This document shows, piece by piece, positions 1-9,667 of a DNA stretch of 64,000 nucleotides. The position numbers and the translations under genes were made by a program. The number at the start of each line of letters is the position of its first letter. The stretch's first letter is position 1. Origin of the DNA: Nitrosopumilus sp. (GTDB lineage: Archaea > Thermoproteota > Nitrososphaeria > Nitrososphaerales > Nitrosopumilaceae); the NCBI GenBank assembly GCA_965205425.1, contig CBDBGZ010000009.1:448001-512000 (forward strand), written 5' to 3'. A model generated the notes under the pieces. That model saw nothing but the letters and a program-made list of their open reading frames with translations. It had not been told where the DNA came from and ran no database searches.

Positions 1-231
1 TTTTCATCTGGTTGTATATCTATAAGATTCTGTAATTGGAAATCAGAACAGTAAAAAAGATATTTTTTAGGATTTTTTTTAATATCCGTATAATCTACAA
101 AATTAGGATAATCTAAAAATTCACGTTCCCAATTTTTATAATCTGATTGAATTTCATTCATAGAATATTTAGAATGATCCAGCAAACCCCAAGACTTCCT
201 TGAAACAAATACTTTGATACCTGAATCTACA

Positions 232-1273
232 TATCTTTTCCGGAAATTATTTCACCCCTTAACTAGGAGAGCATCATTCCCATACTATCGTATGCGTGGG
301 TATCGTGGCATACCTATGGTAAAGTTAGATGAGAATAAGATCAGGTGGATTATACAATCTAAAAATGAAAAAGTCAAGAATTTAGATATTTCAGTAATCC
401 TCAAGATAACGCCTAGAAGAGTACAACAAGTCTACTCTCAGTACAAAAAAACCAAAAAGATTCCCACACTCAAAAGACCAGGGCGTCCAAAAAAGCCAGT
501 CACTGTACACGAGATAGAGCTAGTCAAACAAGTTCAAGAAAAATTTCATACAAACGCACTATACCTTGAGAAAATCATATCAAAATTGTACAATACCAAG
601 ATAAACCACAATCGCATCCACAAGATTATGCTAGATGAAGGATTATCAGTTGAGCAACCACGGAAAAAGATGAGAAGAAAGTGGATCAGGTATGAACGTG
701 AATATTCAAATTCACTGTGGCATACTGACTGGCACACAATACATGATTCACGCTGGGCAGGAAAACAACTAATTGCATTTGAAGATGATGCCTCACGATT
801 TATCACGGGTTTCGGAGTGTATGATGAGGCAACATCTGTGAATTCTTCTGCAGTACTATCTGATGCAATAAAGAATCACGGTAGACCAGCATCCGTACTA
901 TCTGATAATGGAAAACAGTTCACATCAAATGTCAATACTCTTGATCATAACAAGCCAGTAGACTTTGAGCAGCAACTAATGAGACATCACGTAAAGCACT
1001 CTCGTACAAGAGTGAGACATCCACAAACAAATGGTAAGCTAGAAAAGTTCTGGGATATCTTTGAGTGTAAAATAGAATACTTTGAGTCAGTGGAGCAGTT
1101 TATGCATTGGTACAATCACATTAGAGTTCATGGCGCACTAGACTTGGATAACATGGAGACACCATCTGATGCGTATCACTCCAAGATGATAACAAACGAA
1201 ATACTCATAGACCCAAGTATTCTATGGAGGAATTACTCATGAAAGTGACACGAAATAATTTCTGGAAAGAACA
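232..1273 (+). mobile_element. IS481-family insertion sequence
   Basis: Imperfect 22-bp IRs TATCTTTTCCGGAAATTATTTC / rc TGTTCTTTCCAGAAATTATTTC; 15-bp direct repeat ATACCTGAATCTACA at 217-231 and 1274-1288. Confidence 0.88.
316..1242 (+). CDS. IS481-family transposase (HTH + rve integrase core)
   Basis: LWHTDW, EDDASRF, LSDNGKQF, HPQTNGKLEKF, WYNHIRVHGAL motifs; start placed at MVKL inside the element. Confidence 0.9.
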   Translation: MVKLDENKIRWIIQSKNEKVKNLDISVILKITPRRVQQVYSQYKKTKKIPTLKRPGRPKKPVTVHEIELVKQVQEKFHTNALYLEKIISKLYNTKINHNRIHKIMLDEGLSVEQPRKKMRRKWIRYEREYSNSLWHTDWHTIHDSRWAGKQLIAFEDDASRFITGFGVYDEATSVNSSAVLSDAIKNHGRPASVLSDNGKQFTSNVNTLDHNKPVDFEQQLMRHHVKHSRTRVRHPQTNGKLEKFWDIFECKIEYFESVEQFMHWYNHIRVHGALDLDNMETPSDAYHSKMITNEILIDPSILWRNYS

Positions 1274-1493
1274 ATACCTGAATCTACAGGTGAAGGATAA
1301 ATATGTCTCCAATCACTTGTAGTTTGAAATAATTTTAACAGATAAGCTTGTTTTGTATCTATAACTAAATCACGTCCCATTATTTTAGATGCATTATAAA
1401 ACGAAAGCAATCTATCAAGATCTCTAGTTGGATACGTGCATACAACTAAACCTTCAGTATTTCCAATAACATCAGCAACCTTATCTTCAACAT

Positions 1494-2812
1494 CAGTAGA
1501 TGGGAAAGTACATCAAATTACACATTCTAGAAAATAATTATTTTTGTTATTTCTAAAGTAATGAATAATTATCTTTACAAAGAAATATTTGAGAATTTCA
1601 ATTGATATTATTGGTTTGTGATTTTGTACATTAGTTTCTTCTGAGATAATCAAATTAGCAATTATCCATGCATTGTACAAAATCAATGAATAGTAAAAAT
1701 ACAACAATCTTATGGATTGGTTTGAACTGGTGGTTTTTGGTCTGAACCTTCCCACACATGCATATCCTGTTTCAATTCCCCAACGTTTCTTGTAATCAGT
1801 TGGAATGTTTTGTATGTTATATGATATTTCTTTTGGTGAAACGTTTGTTGCAAACACAACATACTGATCAATAATATTTGATTTTTTTCTTGCATTTTTG
1901 TTTGGTAGAATAACTAGATTAAATGATTCTACATGTCCTGATGATGATTTTATTGTGTATGGCGAGATTGACTTTCTATCTCCATTAACGTATTGTAAAA
2001 TGGCATCTTTGATTCGAGAATTCTTTTTTGCAGGCATTAGAAATTTCAGATTCTTTTGTTTTATTTCTGAAATTGTTCCAGCTGTGAAAAACTCCCTATC
2101 CACTAGCAATAGTTTAATCTTGATTCCATTATTGATGCCATCAGAGAGTAATTTACGCACAAAACCGGCATTTGATATGTTGTCATACAAAGGATAACAA
2201 CCTAGTTGAGCCCTGATTCTTTTTTCAACGCACTGCATGGTGCAGTAACTCTCAAAATGAGTAGTACTGTTTTTTGATTTTGATTTTATTAAAGAATGGT
2301 TTGGCAATTTGTCATATCTTGGGATTAGATGTTTGTCAATTGCCACAGTAACTGGTTGCTCCAATACTCCCAATTCTTGTAATTTTGATACTGTACTATC
2401 CAGTGAACGATGTAATTGAATTTGCATTGTTTTTTGTGATATTTTTGATATGATTTTTCTCAACCATGAACCAGTTGGAGAATGATTCTGGGATTCCATT
2501 GCCAGTCTCTTTAATCCAGATTCAGAATATGAATTTCCCAAACACAATGACATGATAGAATTATGTGCGTCTGCATTGTGGAACCGTGAGTTATTTTTAC
2601 TAGAGCATGGAAACAACAAGATATTGTACATTATTTTAGTGATAATCTCAAATGCTTTAGATAGTATCACGCCTTGGTGTGTCATGGTATCAAATGAAGT
2701 ACAATGCATATTTGATGGAGTGACATACTTTCATCAAGCTTTTTCTATCTGAATAGATTGATTGAATAATTGATAGTTTTTGATCTAAATTGAGTTACTT
2801 TCCCATCTACTG
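1494..2812 (-). mobile_element. ISH3-family (IS4-like) insertion sequence, copy 1
   Basis: 17-bp perfect IR CAGTAGATGGGAAAGTA at both ends; 5-bp TSD AACAT (1489-1493, 2813-2817). Confidence 0.85.
1513..2709 (-). CDS. ISH3-family DDE transposase
   Basis: VAID, LLVDREF and YKKRWGIETGY (YREK-like) motifs; fills the element. Confidence 0.85.
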   Translation of the reverse strand: MHCTSFDTMTHQGVILSKAFEIITKIMYNILLFPCSSKNNSRFHNADAHNSIMSLCLGNSYSESGLKRLAMESQNHSPTGSWLRKIISKISQKTMQIQLHRSLDSTVSKLQELGVLEQPVTVAIDKHLIPRYDKLPNHSLIKSKSKNSTTHFESYCTMQCVEKRIRAQLGCYPLYDNISNAGFVRKLLSDGINNGIKIKLLLVDREFFTAGTISEIKQKNLKFLMPAKKNSRIKDAILQYVNGDRKSISPYTIKSSSGHVESFNLVILPNKNARKKSNIIDQYVVFATNVSPKEISYNIQNIPTDYKKRWGIETGYACVGRFRPKTTSSNQSIRLLYFYYSLILYNAWIIANLIISEETNVQNHKPIISIEILKYFFVKIIIHYFRNNKNNYFLECVI

Positions 2813-3672
2813 AACATCAAATTCATTAATACTACCTTGTTTGTTAATTCTCGTTCCTTCACATAAAAGATAATCAAGATTTTCTAATCCACATTTATCA
2901 ACAAAATTTTGACTATTATTAGGATTTCTTCCATGAAATCTAATATCAGCCGTATATCCAATATCACCTTCAGAAGTATGAATCAAAAATCCAAATACTC
3001 CAGGTAATGAATGATCAATGGGTATTGATTCAACAGTTATTGAATCAAATTTTAGTTCTTTTGAAGGATTAATAATTTGAATATTCCTATCAATCTCGTC
3101 TCTATGCTCAGGATTTTTTGCTCTACTATATTCTCCTTTAGAATTTTTATACATTTTAAAATTTTCTTTGTAAGTAATGTATTCTTCATCGCCACCCATA
3201 TCTTGAAAGCCTTGCATGATTAACTTACTTGCACTAGAACAATAAATTGGAATTTCAGGTCTCAGATAATGTATATATGCACAATGATCAACATGTGCAT
3301 GAGTTAATAAAACTCCATCAACTTGAGTTTCTTCATTATAATCACCATATCCCATATGTTTTGAATAATCTTTACGATAAATTCCTTTAACATCAGGTAA
3401 TAAATCAAATTCAAACAAATCCCCAAACCCATTTAATTTTCTCGGATTCATAAATTCTGCAAAATATTGATTTACTTTGCCCATCTGCATCCCAAAATCA
3501 AGAAAAACTTTAGTATCTTTATCTTTGAGTAAAATTTTATTTCCTCCGATTTCATTTATGCCACCATAAAATGTTAGAGATACCATAGAGATATGATAAC
3601 CACCTATAATAAAAAATAGATTATAAAAATAAACAATCAATATTTCTTGTTATAAAAAAATATTTGATAATA

Positions 3673-3888
3673 CTATTCATTCTCAACAATCATATCAATC
3701 ACATCTCTTTTACTAATATGATATTTTTTTCTATATTCATCAATCATATATACATCGTCTAAAGAAGACAATTCATCCAAAACAAGTTTTTTAGAATATT
3801 CATCTTCTAAAATTTCCAACTGTTCTTTAGAAAATATTGTATTTAATTTTGTTAAATTTTCATTTTGGATGATTATTTCTAAAACCAT
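3673..3888 (-). CDS. small hypothetical protein, possibly with a ribbon-helix-helix-like C-terminus
   Basis: 71-aa ATG ORF directly upstream of and co-oriented with the MBL gene; IDEYRKKYHISKRDVIDMIV resembles RHH helices (weak). Confidence 0.55.
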   Translation of the reverse strand: MVLEIIIQNENLTKLNTIFSKEQLEILEDEYSKKLVLDELSSLDDVYMIDEYRKKYHISKRDVIDMIVENE

Positions 3889-4016
3889 ATGAAAAATAAG
3901 AAATCTGGAGTTTTAAGTAACAGTTATTACATAATACCCTTCAGCATAATCTAAATTTCCCGCATCATACCCACAATCAAGAACAAATGTAAATAAGACA
4001 AACTTGGATTTAAATT

Positions 4017-4997
4017 ATGAAAAATCAATATATAGAAGACCTTCAAGATAATACAGAAATTAATTCAACATTTGCAGTAACATCAAAATCATCACCAGGA
4101 AATTACAAAAATAAAACTGGATTGTGGTTTTCCATTGAAATTACAGATAAAACTGGAAAGATGGATATCAAATATTGGGGAGGATTGGATGAAGAGAAAA
4201 CTGAGAAAATACATAATTCCTTTGAAGTAGGAGACATAATATCAATTACAGGTAAATGTAGATTTGATAATTATTCAAATTCTCTGACAATATCAATTGA
4301 TGAGAAAAATGGACAGACAATTCAAAAAAGTGATACGTTTGATCTAGTAGATTTTCTTCCAACTACAAACAAAGACATAGACAAAATGGTATTAAATTTA
4401 AAAAATATCATTGAAGAAATAGAAAATACAGACATGAAAATACTAATGAAATCTTTCTTTGATGATGCAATATTTTTAGAAAAATATTCAAAAACACCTG
4501 CTGCATCAATATATCATCATAACTACGTAGGAGGATTAATTGAACATGTTTTGAATATGATTGAATTAGCTAAAGTGATATCAACACAATATCCAAATGA
4601 ATTAGATTTGGATTTATTGATTGTGGGATGTATACTTCATGATATAGGAAAAATGAAAGAATTGGAGATGAAAGCATCCATCACATATAGTGTAACAGGT
4701 TCACTACTAGGACATATTACAATAGGATCACACATGGTACAAAACAAAATTGAATCAATAGAGAATTTCCCAGAAAATCTAAAAAATAAAATTCTTCATT
4801 TAATTTTAAGTCATCATGGTTCATTAGAATTTGGATCTCCAGTAGAACCAATGATTCCAGAAGCAATTGTATTAAACAGAATTGATGAATGTGATTCAAA
4901 AACAAAACGTGTATTGCAATTAAAACAAGAACATATGTCTAAAAGTAAAGATGAAATTATCCGTATTAGGAATTTTGGAAAAATGTATTTAAAATAA
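4017..4997 (+). CDS. YhaM/Cbf1-like 3'-5' exoribonuclease (OB fold + HD domain)
   Basis: N-terminal OB-like region (ITDKTGKMDIKYW); PAASIYHHNYVGGLIEH, LHDIGK, LLGHI, ILSHHGSLEFGSP, EAIVLNRIDECD. Confidence 0.88.
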   Translation: MKNQYIEDLQDNTEINSTFAVTSKSSPGNYKNKTGLWFSIEITDKTGKMDIKYWGGLDEEKTEKIHNSFEVGDIISITGKCRFDNYSNSLTISIDEKNGQTIQKSDTFDLVDFLPTTNKDIDKMVLNLKNIIEEIENTDMKILMKSFFDDAIFLEKYSKTPAASIYHHNYVGGLIEHVLNMIELAKVISTQYPNELDLDLLIVGCILHDIGKMKELEMKASITYSVTGSLLGHITIGSHMVQNKIESIENFPENLKNKILHLILSHHGSLEFGSPVEPMIPEAIVLNRIDECDSKTKRVLQLKQEHMSKSKDEIIRIRNFGKMYLK

Positions 4998-5048
4998 AAA
5001 TTACCTGCATTACCGCCTTATCAAATTTAACAAAGTCCACAAACTACA

Positions 5049-5074
5049 ACCTTAGTGCAAATTTGCACTAAGGT
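5049..5074. repeat. 26-bp perfect palindrome ACCTTAGTGCAAATTTGCACTAAGGT
   Basis: The 13-bp arms are exact reverse complements with no spacer. Confidence 0.95.
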
Positions 5075-5090
5075 CAGCAACTAAACCACA

Positions 5091-5986
5091 TATAGCGAAA
5101 AGATAAAGTTCGTGAACTAAATTATTCCAAAACAAAAAACTTTTTGATCACTATGTATGGTAAAATTTGATGAACAAGTTAGAATCACTTGAAGCAGCAT
5201 ACAAAAAAGAAAACTCCAAGGTTGCAGCAAGGATGCTTGCAGTGTTGATGATTCTAAAGGATGGAAAGGACATACAGTGCACTGCAAAGACATTACACCA
5301 CTGCACAAGCTGGGTGAGAAAATGGGTGAGTCGTTTTGAGATAGATGGCCTCTACGATCTCCCAAGAAGTGTAGGCCAAGAACAATCTCCCAGACCAGAA
5401 TGGATTGTATCATGTCAAAAGCAATGCTAACTTTGTTTACTCCCATAATGTTGCAACAAAGTATCTTTTATTCCACTGGAGTAAAATTTCACATAACCCA
5501 CATCAGAAAGATAATGCACCAATACGGCAAGAGAATATTTCTTCCATATACAGGACGACATGAGAGTCTGGTAGTGTATGGTACAATTACAGAAAATGGT
5601 AATCAACTATTCAGAGTTTATAACAAATTCAATGCTGTAACATTTGTAGAATATCTAAAAGAGTTACACTGGAAATACGGCAAAATTGCAATCATTTTAG
5701 ATAGAGCATCAGTTCACAAATCAAAGAAGGTAAAGGAATACCTTGCAAACAATAGAGATGTCAAACTAATCTGGTTGCCAAAGGGATCACCATACTTGAA
5801 CATGATAGAGCAGTGCTGGAAGATAAGCAAATATGCATTGTTGGTTTCAGAGTATTATGCAATGTTTGCAATAATGAACAAGGCAGTGTCCGAATATTTC
5901 AGAGTGACAAAATTCAAGCTTGATGTTGCAAATTATATCTTTAGAAATCCTGCAAAGATGTTTGCGAACTTTTGATCGTCGCTATA
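5091..5986 (+). mobile_element. degenerate IS630-family element (frameshifted, internally deleted)
   Basis: Ends TA|TAGCGAAAAGATAAAGTTCG and rc TA|TAGCGACGATCAAAAGTTCG with TA duplication; HTH fragment 5167-5430 and DDE_3 fragment 5400-5975 (LDRASVH, SPYLNMIEQCW) lacking the first catalytic Asp block. Confidence 0.85.
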
Positions 5987-5989
5987 CAA

Positions 5990-6048
5990 GACGTTATGAC
6001 CATCAGTCTGGAACGCCCGAAGGGTGTTACGACTGAGGAAGGAACGTC
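5990..6048. ncRNA. GC-rich three-segment hairpin; candidate structured RNA or ssDNA element
   Basis: GACGTT/AACGTC, TCAGTC/GACTGA and AACGCCC-GAA-GGGTGTT nested pairings in AT-rich context. Confidence 0.5.
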
Positions 6049-6069
6049 ACAAAATCCATAATAACAATG

Positions 6070-6140
6070 TGGACCCGTTGGGAGTTGAACCCAAATCTCC
6101 TAGTTCTTACTTAGGTGCGTGACCGTCACGCTACGAGCCC
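6070..6140 (-). ncRNA. non-canonical tRNA-like gene (nominal anticodon AAG, short variable loop)
   Basis: Cloverleaf GGGCTCG-TA-GCGT GACGGTC ACGC-A-CCTAA GTAAGAA CTAGG-AGAT-TTGGG TTCAACT CCCAA-CGGGTCC-A, 71 nt. Confidence 0.8.
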
Positions 6141-6175
6141 ACAAAGTATATTAGAAAATACTAAACTAATAATGT

Positions 6176-6191
6176 TAGTTCTTACTTAGGT
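6176..6191. repeat. exact 16-bp copy of the anticodon arm of the tRNA-like gene
   Basis: TAGTTCTTACTTAGGT at 6101-6116 and 6176-6191. Confidence 0.95.
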
Positions 6192-6284
6192 TAGGCCAGC
6201 GCGCTAATCTCTTTTTTCTATTTTCAAAATATGGTACGTGTTTAGGTCCAGACTCACACATATTTTACAGTAGATGGGAAAGTA

Positions 6285-7430
6285 TAGTTAAGGCATTAAA
6301 TATTTGAATAATTTCACAACTCGAACGTCTCCATTATCTAGTCTCTTCTGCATGTGTTTTCTCATCTCAGTTCCATTTGCAAAGAATGTATTGGCATTAC
6401 CATTTTTCTCTTCTCTCCACTGTACCTCAATTGGATTGAGTTCTGGGGTGTATGCAGGAAAATATCTTATGATTACATTTCTTTTTGATACCTTGAGAAA
6501 TTCTTTTACTCTGACACTTTTGTGGTATGATGCATTGTCTGCAAATAATAACAGTTTCTTACCAAATTGTTTCTGCAGTGATTCTAAAAAATCAAGAAAT
6601 GAGTCTGTGTTTGATTTATCATAAAATCTGCAAAAAAATACGCCGTCATCCCCCAATGCACCAAATGATTGAAATTTTTCTCGAGTGTAATTAATTGGTG
6701 TGGTAATGTTATTGCCTGCAAGATACCATCCGCGCTTTATGTTAGGTGCTATCTTGTTTGTTGACTCATCCAGACATAGTGTGGTGTATCCCAATTTGGA
6801 ATATTTTTTGATACTCCTTTTTGCGTTTTTTTAAAACGGGTTTGTTCCTCTTTTGAGGCTGATTTGTGATGTGTGGGACGTGGTTTTTTTGATGAGAATC
6901 CAATTCTGTGCAGCAATTCACGCATTCCTCTTGCAGAGTATAGGGTGTTGTATTTTTTATTCACATGTGTAATTACCATTCTTGTACTCCACATGAATTG
7001 GTTAAATCCAAACTTTTCTGGACCTGAAATTAGATCATTTCTTAATGATACTAGCTGTTTTTCATTTAGAAAACATCTAGAACCAGAATATTTCTTGCGG
7101 TGTGATGCAGATATTCCCTCTTCATCCATTCGATTTAGCCAGTAGGACAGAGTTGATGGTATGACATCCAGACTTGCACATATCACAGAATACGGAATAT
7201 TTTGTTTTCTTAGTATTGCAGCCTTTAATCTTATCTTTGCTTTTGCATTTTTTTCATTCTTGCATACTTTTCTTAAAAAATTAATGCTTGTACCTTTCAT
7301 GAATTGATTTCCAGAGGAAACCTTGGATTGTCTTGTACTCTTTGACATGGTTTCATGAATTGATTCTACGATCTAGATCTTTTGGGTTAAAATACTTGAC
7401 AGTTTATTCAGAATTTATATGCCTAAATTA
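6285..7430 (-). mobile_element. IS630-family element inserted at a TA inside the ISH3 inverted repeat
   Basis: TA duplication at 6283-6284 and 7431-7432; ends TAGTTAAGGCAT / rc TAATTTAGGCAT. Confidence 0.88.
6288..7348 (-). CDS. IS630 transposase in two overlapping ORFs (6749-7348 HTH, 6288-6794 DDE), probable -1 programmed frameshift
   Basis: orfA winged-HTH (MWSTRMV, LHRIGFSSKKPRP); orfB CLDES, ADNASYH, YTPELNPIE; slippery TTTTAAAAAAAC near 6825-6836. Confidence 0.82.
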
Positions 7431-7434
7431 TAAC

Positions 7435-9667
7435 TCAAGTTACACATTCTAGAAAATAATTATTTTTGTTATTTCTAAAGTAATGAATAATTATCTTTAC
7501 AAAGAAATATTTGAGAATTTCAATTGATATTATTGGTTTGTAATTTTTTACATTAGTTTCTTCTGAGATAATCAAATTAGCAATTATCCATGCATTGTAC
7601 AAAATCAATGAATAGTAAAAATACAACAATCTTATGGATTGGTTTGAACTGGTGGTTTTTGGTCTGAACCTTCCCACACATGCATAGCCTGTTTCAATTC
7701 CCCAACGTTTCTTGTAATCAGTTGGAATGTTTTGTATGTTATATGATATTTCTTTTGGTGAAACGTTTGTTGCAAACACAACATACTGATCAATAATATC
7801 TGATTTTTTTCTTGCATTTTTGTTTGGTAGAATAACTAGATTAAATGATTCTACATGTCCTGATGATGATTTTATTGTGTATGGCGAGATTGACTTTCTA
7901 TCTCCATTAACGTATTGTAAAATGGCATCTTTGATTCGAGAATTCTTTTTTGCAGGCATTAGAAATTTTAAATTCCTTTGTTTTATTTCTGAAATTGTTC
8001 CAGCTGTGAAAAACTCCCTATCCACTAGCAATAGTTTAATCTTGATTCCATTATTGATGCCATCAGAGAGTAATTTACGCACAAAATCGGCATTTGATAT
8101 GTTGTCATACAAAGGATAACAACCTAATTGAGCCCTGATTCTTTTTTCAACGCACTGCATGGTGCAGTAACTCTCAAAATGAGTAGTACTGTTTTTAGAT
8201 TTTGATTTTATTAAAGAATGGTTTGGCAATTTGTCATATCTTGGGATTAGATGTTTGTCAATTGCTACAGTAACTGGTTGCTCCAATACTCCCAATTCTT
8301 GTAATTTTGATATGGTACTATCTAGTGACTGATGTAATTGAATTTGCATTGTTTTTTGTGATATTTTTGATATGATTTTTCTCAACCATGAACCAGTTGG
8401 AGAAGCATTATCTGATTCCATTGCCAGTCTCTTTAATCCTGATTCTGCATACGAATTTCCCAAACACAATGACATGATAGAATTATGTGCATCTGCATTG
8501 TGGAACCGTGAGTTATTTTTACTAGAGCATGGAAACAACAAGATATTGTACATTATTTTAGTGATAATCTCGGGTGTGTCCTAAAAGTAGACAAATATAA
8601 CAATTTTATTCAATTCTGTAACATATTGATCGCATGGAATCACAACAACTATGCAAAACAAATCAAAAAGAGACTGGCAAGTATATGGCACATATCGCAA
8701 GGATGAGGAGATTCTATTCTTGGAAAAAGTAAAGAAGACAGTTTGGAGTATGGATACACCATGGGAACCAAAGACAGGCGGACGTCCTGCATTTCCAACA
8801 AAAGCAAAGATAATGTGTGCAATGCTAAAGGTAAAGTTTGGATTGGATTATCGTTCCATGGAGTCCCACTTGAGATCAAGGCCGGATCTGTTGGAAATAA
8901 TGGAGCTCAAAAAAGCACCAAGCAAGACTGTCATTAATGACAGTCTAAAAAGAATTCCAATGCCTTATTTGAAAAAGGTAAACGCAAAACTCACAGAACC
9001 AATCAAAAAAAAGACATAGCTCCTGACAGTTCAGGATTTGGTACCAAAAGATGTGAGGCTTGGTTTGACATCAAGACAAACACGCACAAATCCAAGAAAT
9101 TATATCTAAAACTGCACATCCTAATTGCAATACAGTCCATGGCAATAGTATCTTTTGACATTACTAAAGGAACTCGTGGTGATGCACCAATTCTCAAAAA
9201 ATTAATCAAAGACATTCCAAAGGGAATTGGTGATTTTTGTGCAGATCCTGCATATTTGTCACGAGACATTTGCAATATGGTAGCTACTCTGCAAAAGATA
9301 CCATACATCAAACCAAAGAAGAACACAGTTAGAAATCCCAAAGGCTCTGCATCATGGAAAAAAAATGATAACATTATTCCAGGACAATCAAGATGAATTT
9401 GACAGACATTATCACAAGAGGTCACTTGTTGAATCAGTATTTGCAGTACTCAAAAGAATCTTTGGAAATAGCTTGTCATCAAAAAACAAGTTGGTTCAAA
9501 GAAAAGAGTTGGCGTTGCGTGTAATTTGTTACAACATACGAGTTGTTAATTTGATGGGGGTTACAAAACATGTTAGAGGATAGTTTTAGGACACACCCGA
9601 TAATCTCAAATGCTTTAGATAGTATCACGCCTTGGTGTGTCATGGTATCAAATGAAGTACAATGCAT
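7435..9667 (-). pseudogene. ISH3 transposase split by an IS5 insertion
   Basis: 9599-9667 encodes MHCTSFDTMTHQGVILSKAFEII and 7435-8571 the remainder, matching ORF 1513-2709. Confidence 0.88.
8572..9598 (+). mobile_element. IS5-family element with frameshifted transposase (fragments 8651-9019, ~9020-9396, 9365-9583)
   Basis: 15-bp IR GGGTGTGTCCTAAAA; 9-bp TSD GATAATCTC (8563-8571, 9599-9607); motifs DSSGF, CADPAY, YHKRSLVESVFAVLKR; frame changes at A-runs near 9006 and 9358. Confidence 0.85.

Larger units (their letters stand above)
1..3586 (-). pseudogene. MBL-fold metallo-hydrolase (RNase J/beta-CASP-like) interrupted by two IS elements; runs off the left window edge
   Basis: N-terminal part 2813-3586 has LTFYGGINEIGGN, THAHVDH, IDHS, YTAD and LCEGT motifs. 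Removing ISH3 (1494-2812) and IS481 (232-1273), with one TSD each, restores one open frame: ...NEFDV|EDKVADVIGNTEGLVVCTYPTRDLDRLLSFYNASK...PSPVDSG|IKVFVSRKSWG...LIDIQPDE. Confidence 0.85.

Noticed and set aside
214..315. N-terminal extension of the IS481 ORF
   Set aside because: It starts outside the element, in the target duplication.
4017..4997. HD-domain relaxase (MOBH/TraI_2) with a nearby oriT
   Set aside because: The OB-fold-plus-HD architecture and SHHG..EFGSP motif fit YhaM better, and no conjugation genes are in the window.
5990..6048. Hammerhead ribozyme (CTGAGGA resembles CUGANGA)
   Set aside because: No stem II or GAAA in register, and the CTGA is itself paired in the hairpin.
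6070..6140. Ordinary tRNA-Leu(AAG), or an att-site copy of the tRNA at 9838-9911
   Set aside because: It lacks the long variable arm and has a distorted anticodon arm; its T arm and acceptor differ from the tRNA(CAU), so it is not an att duplicate.
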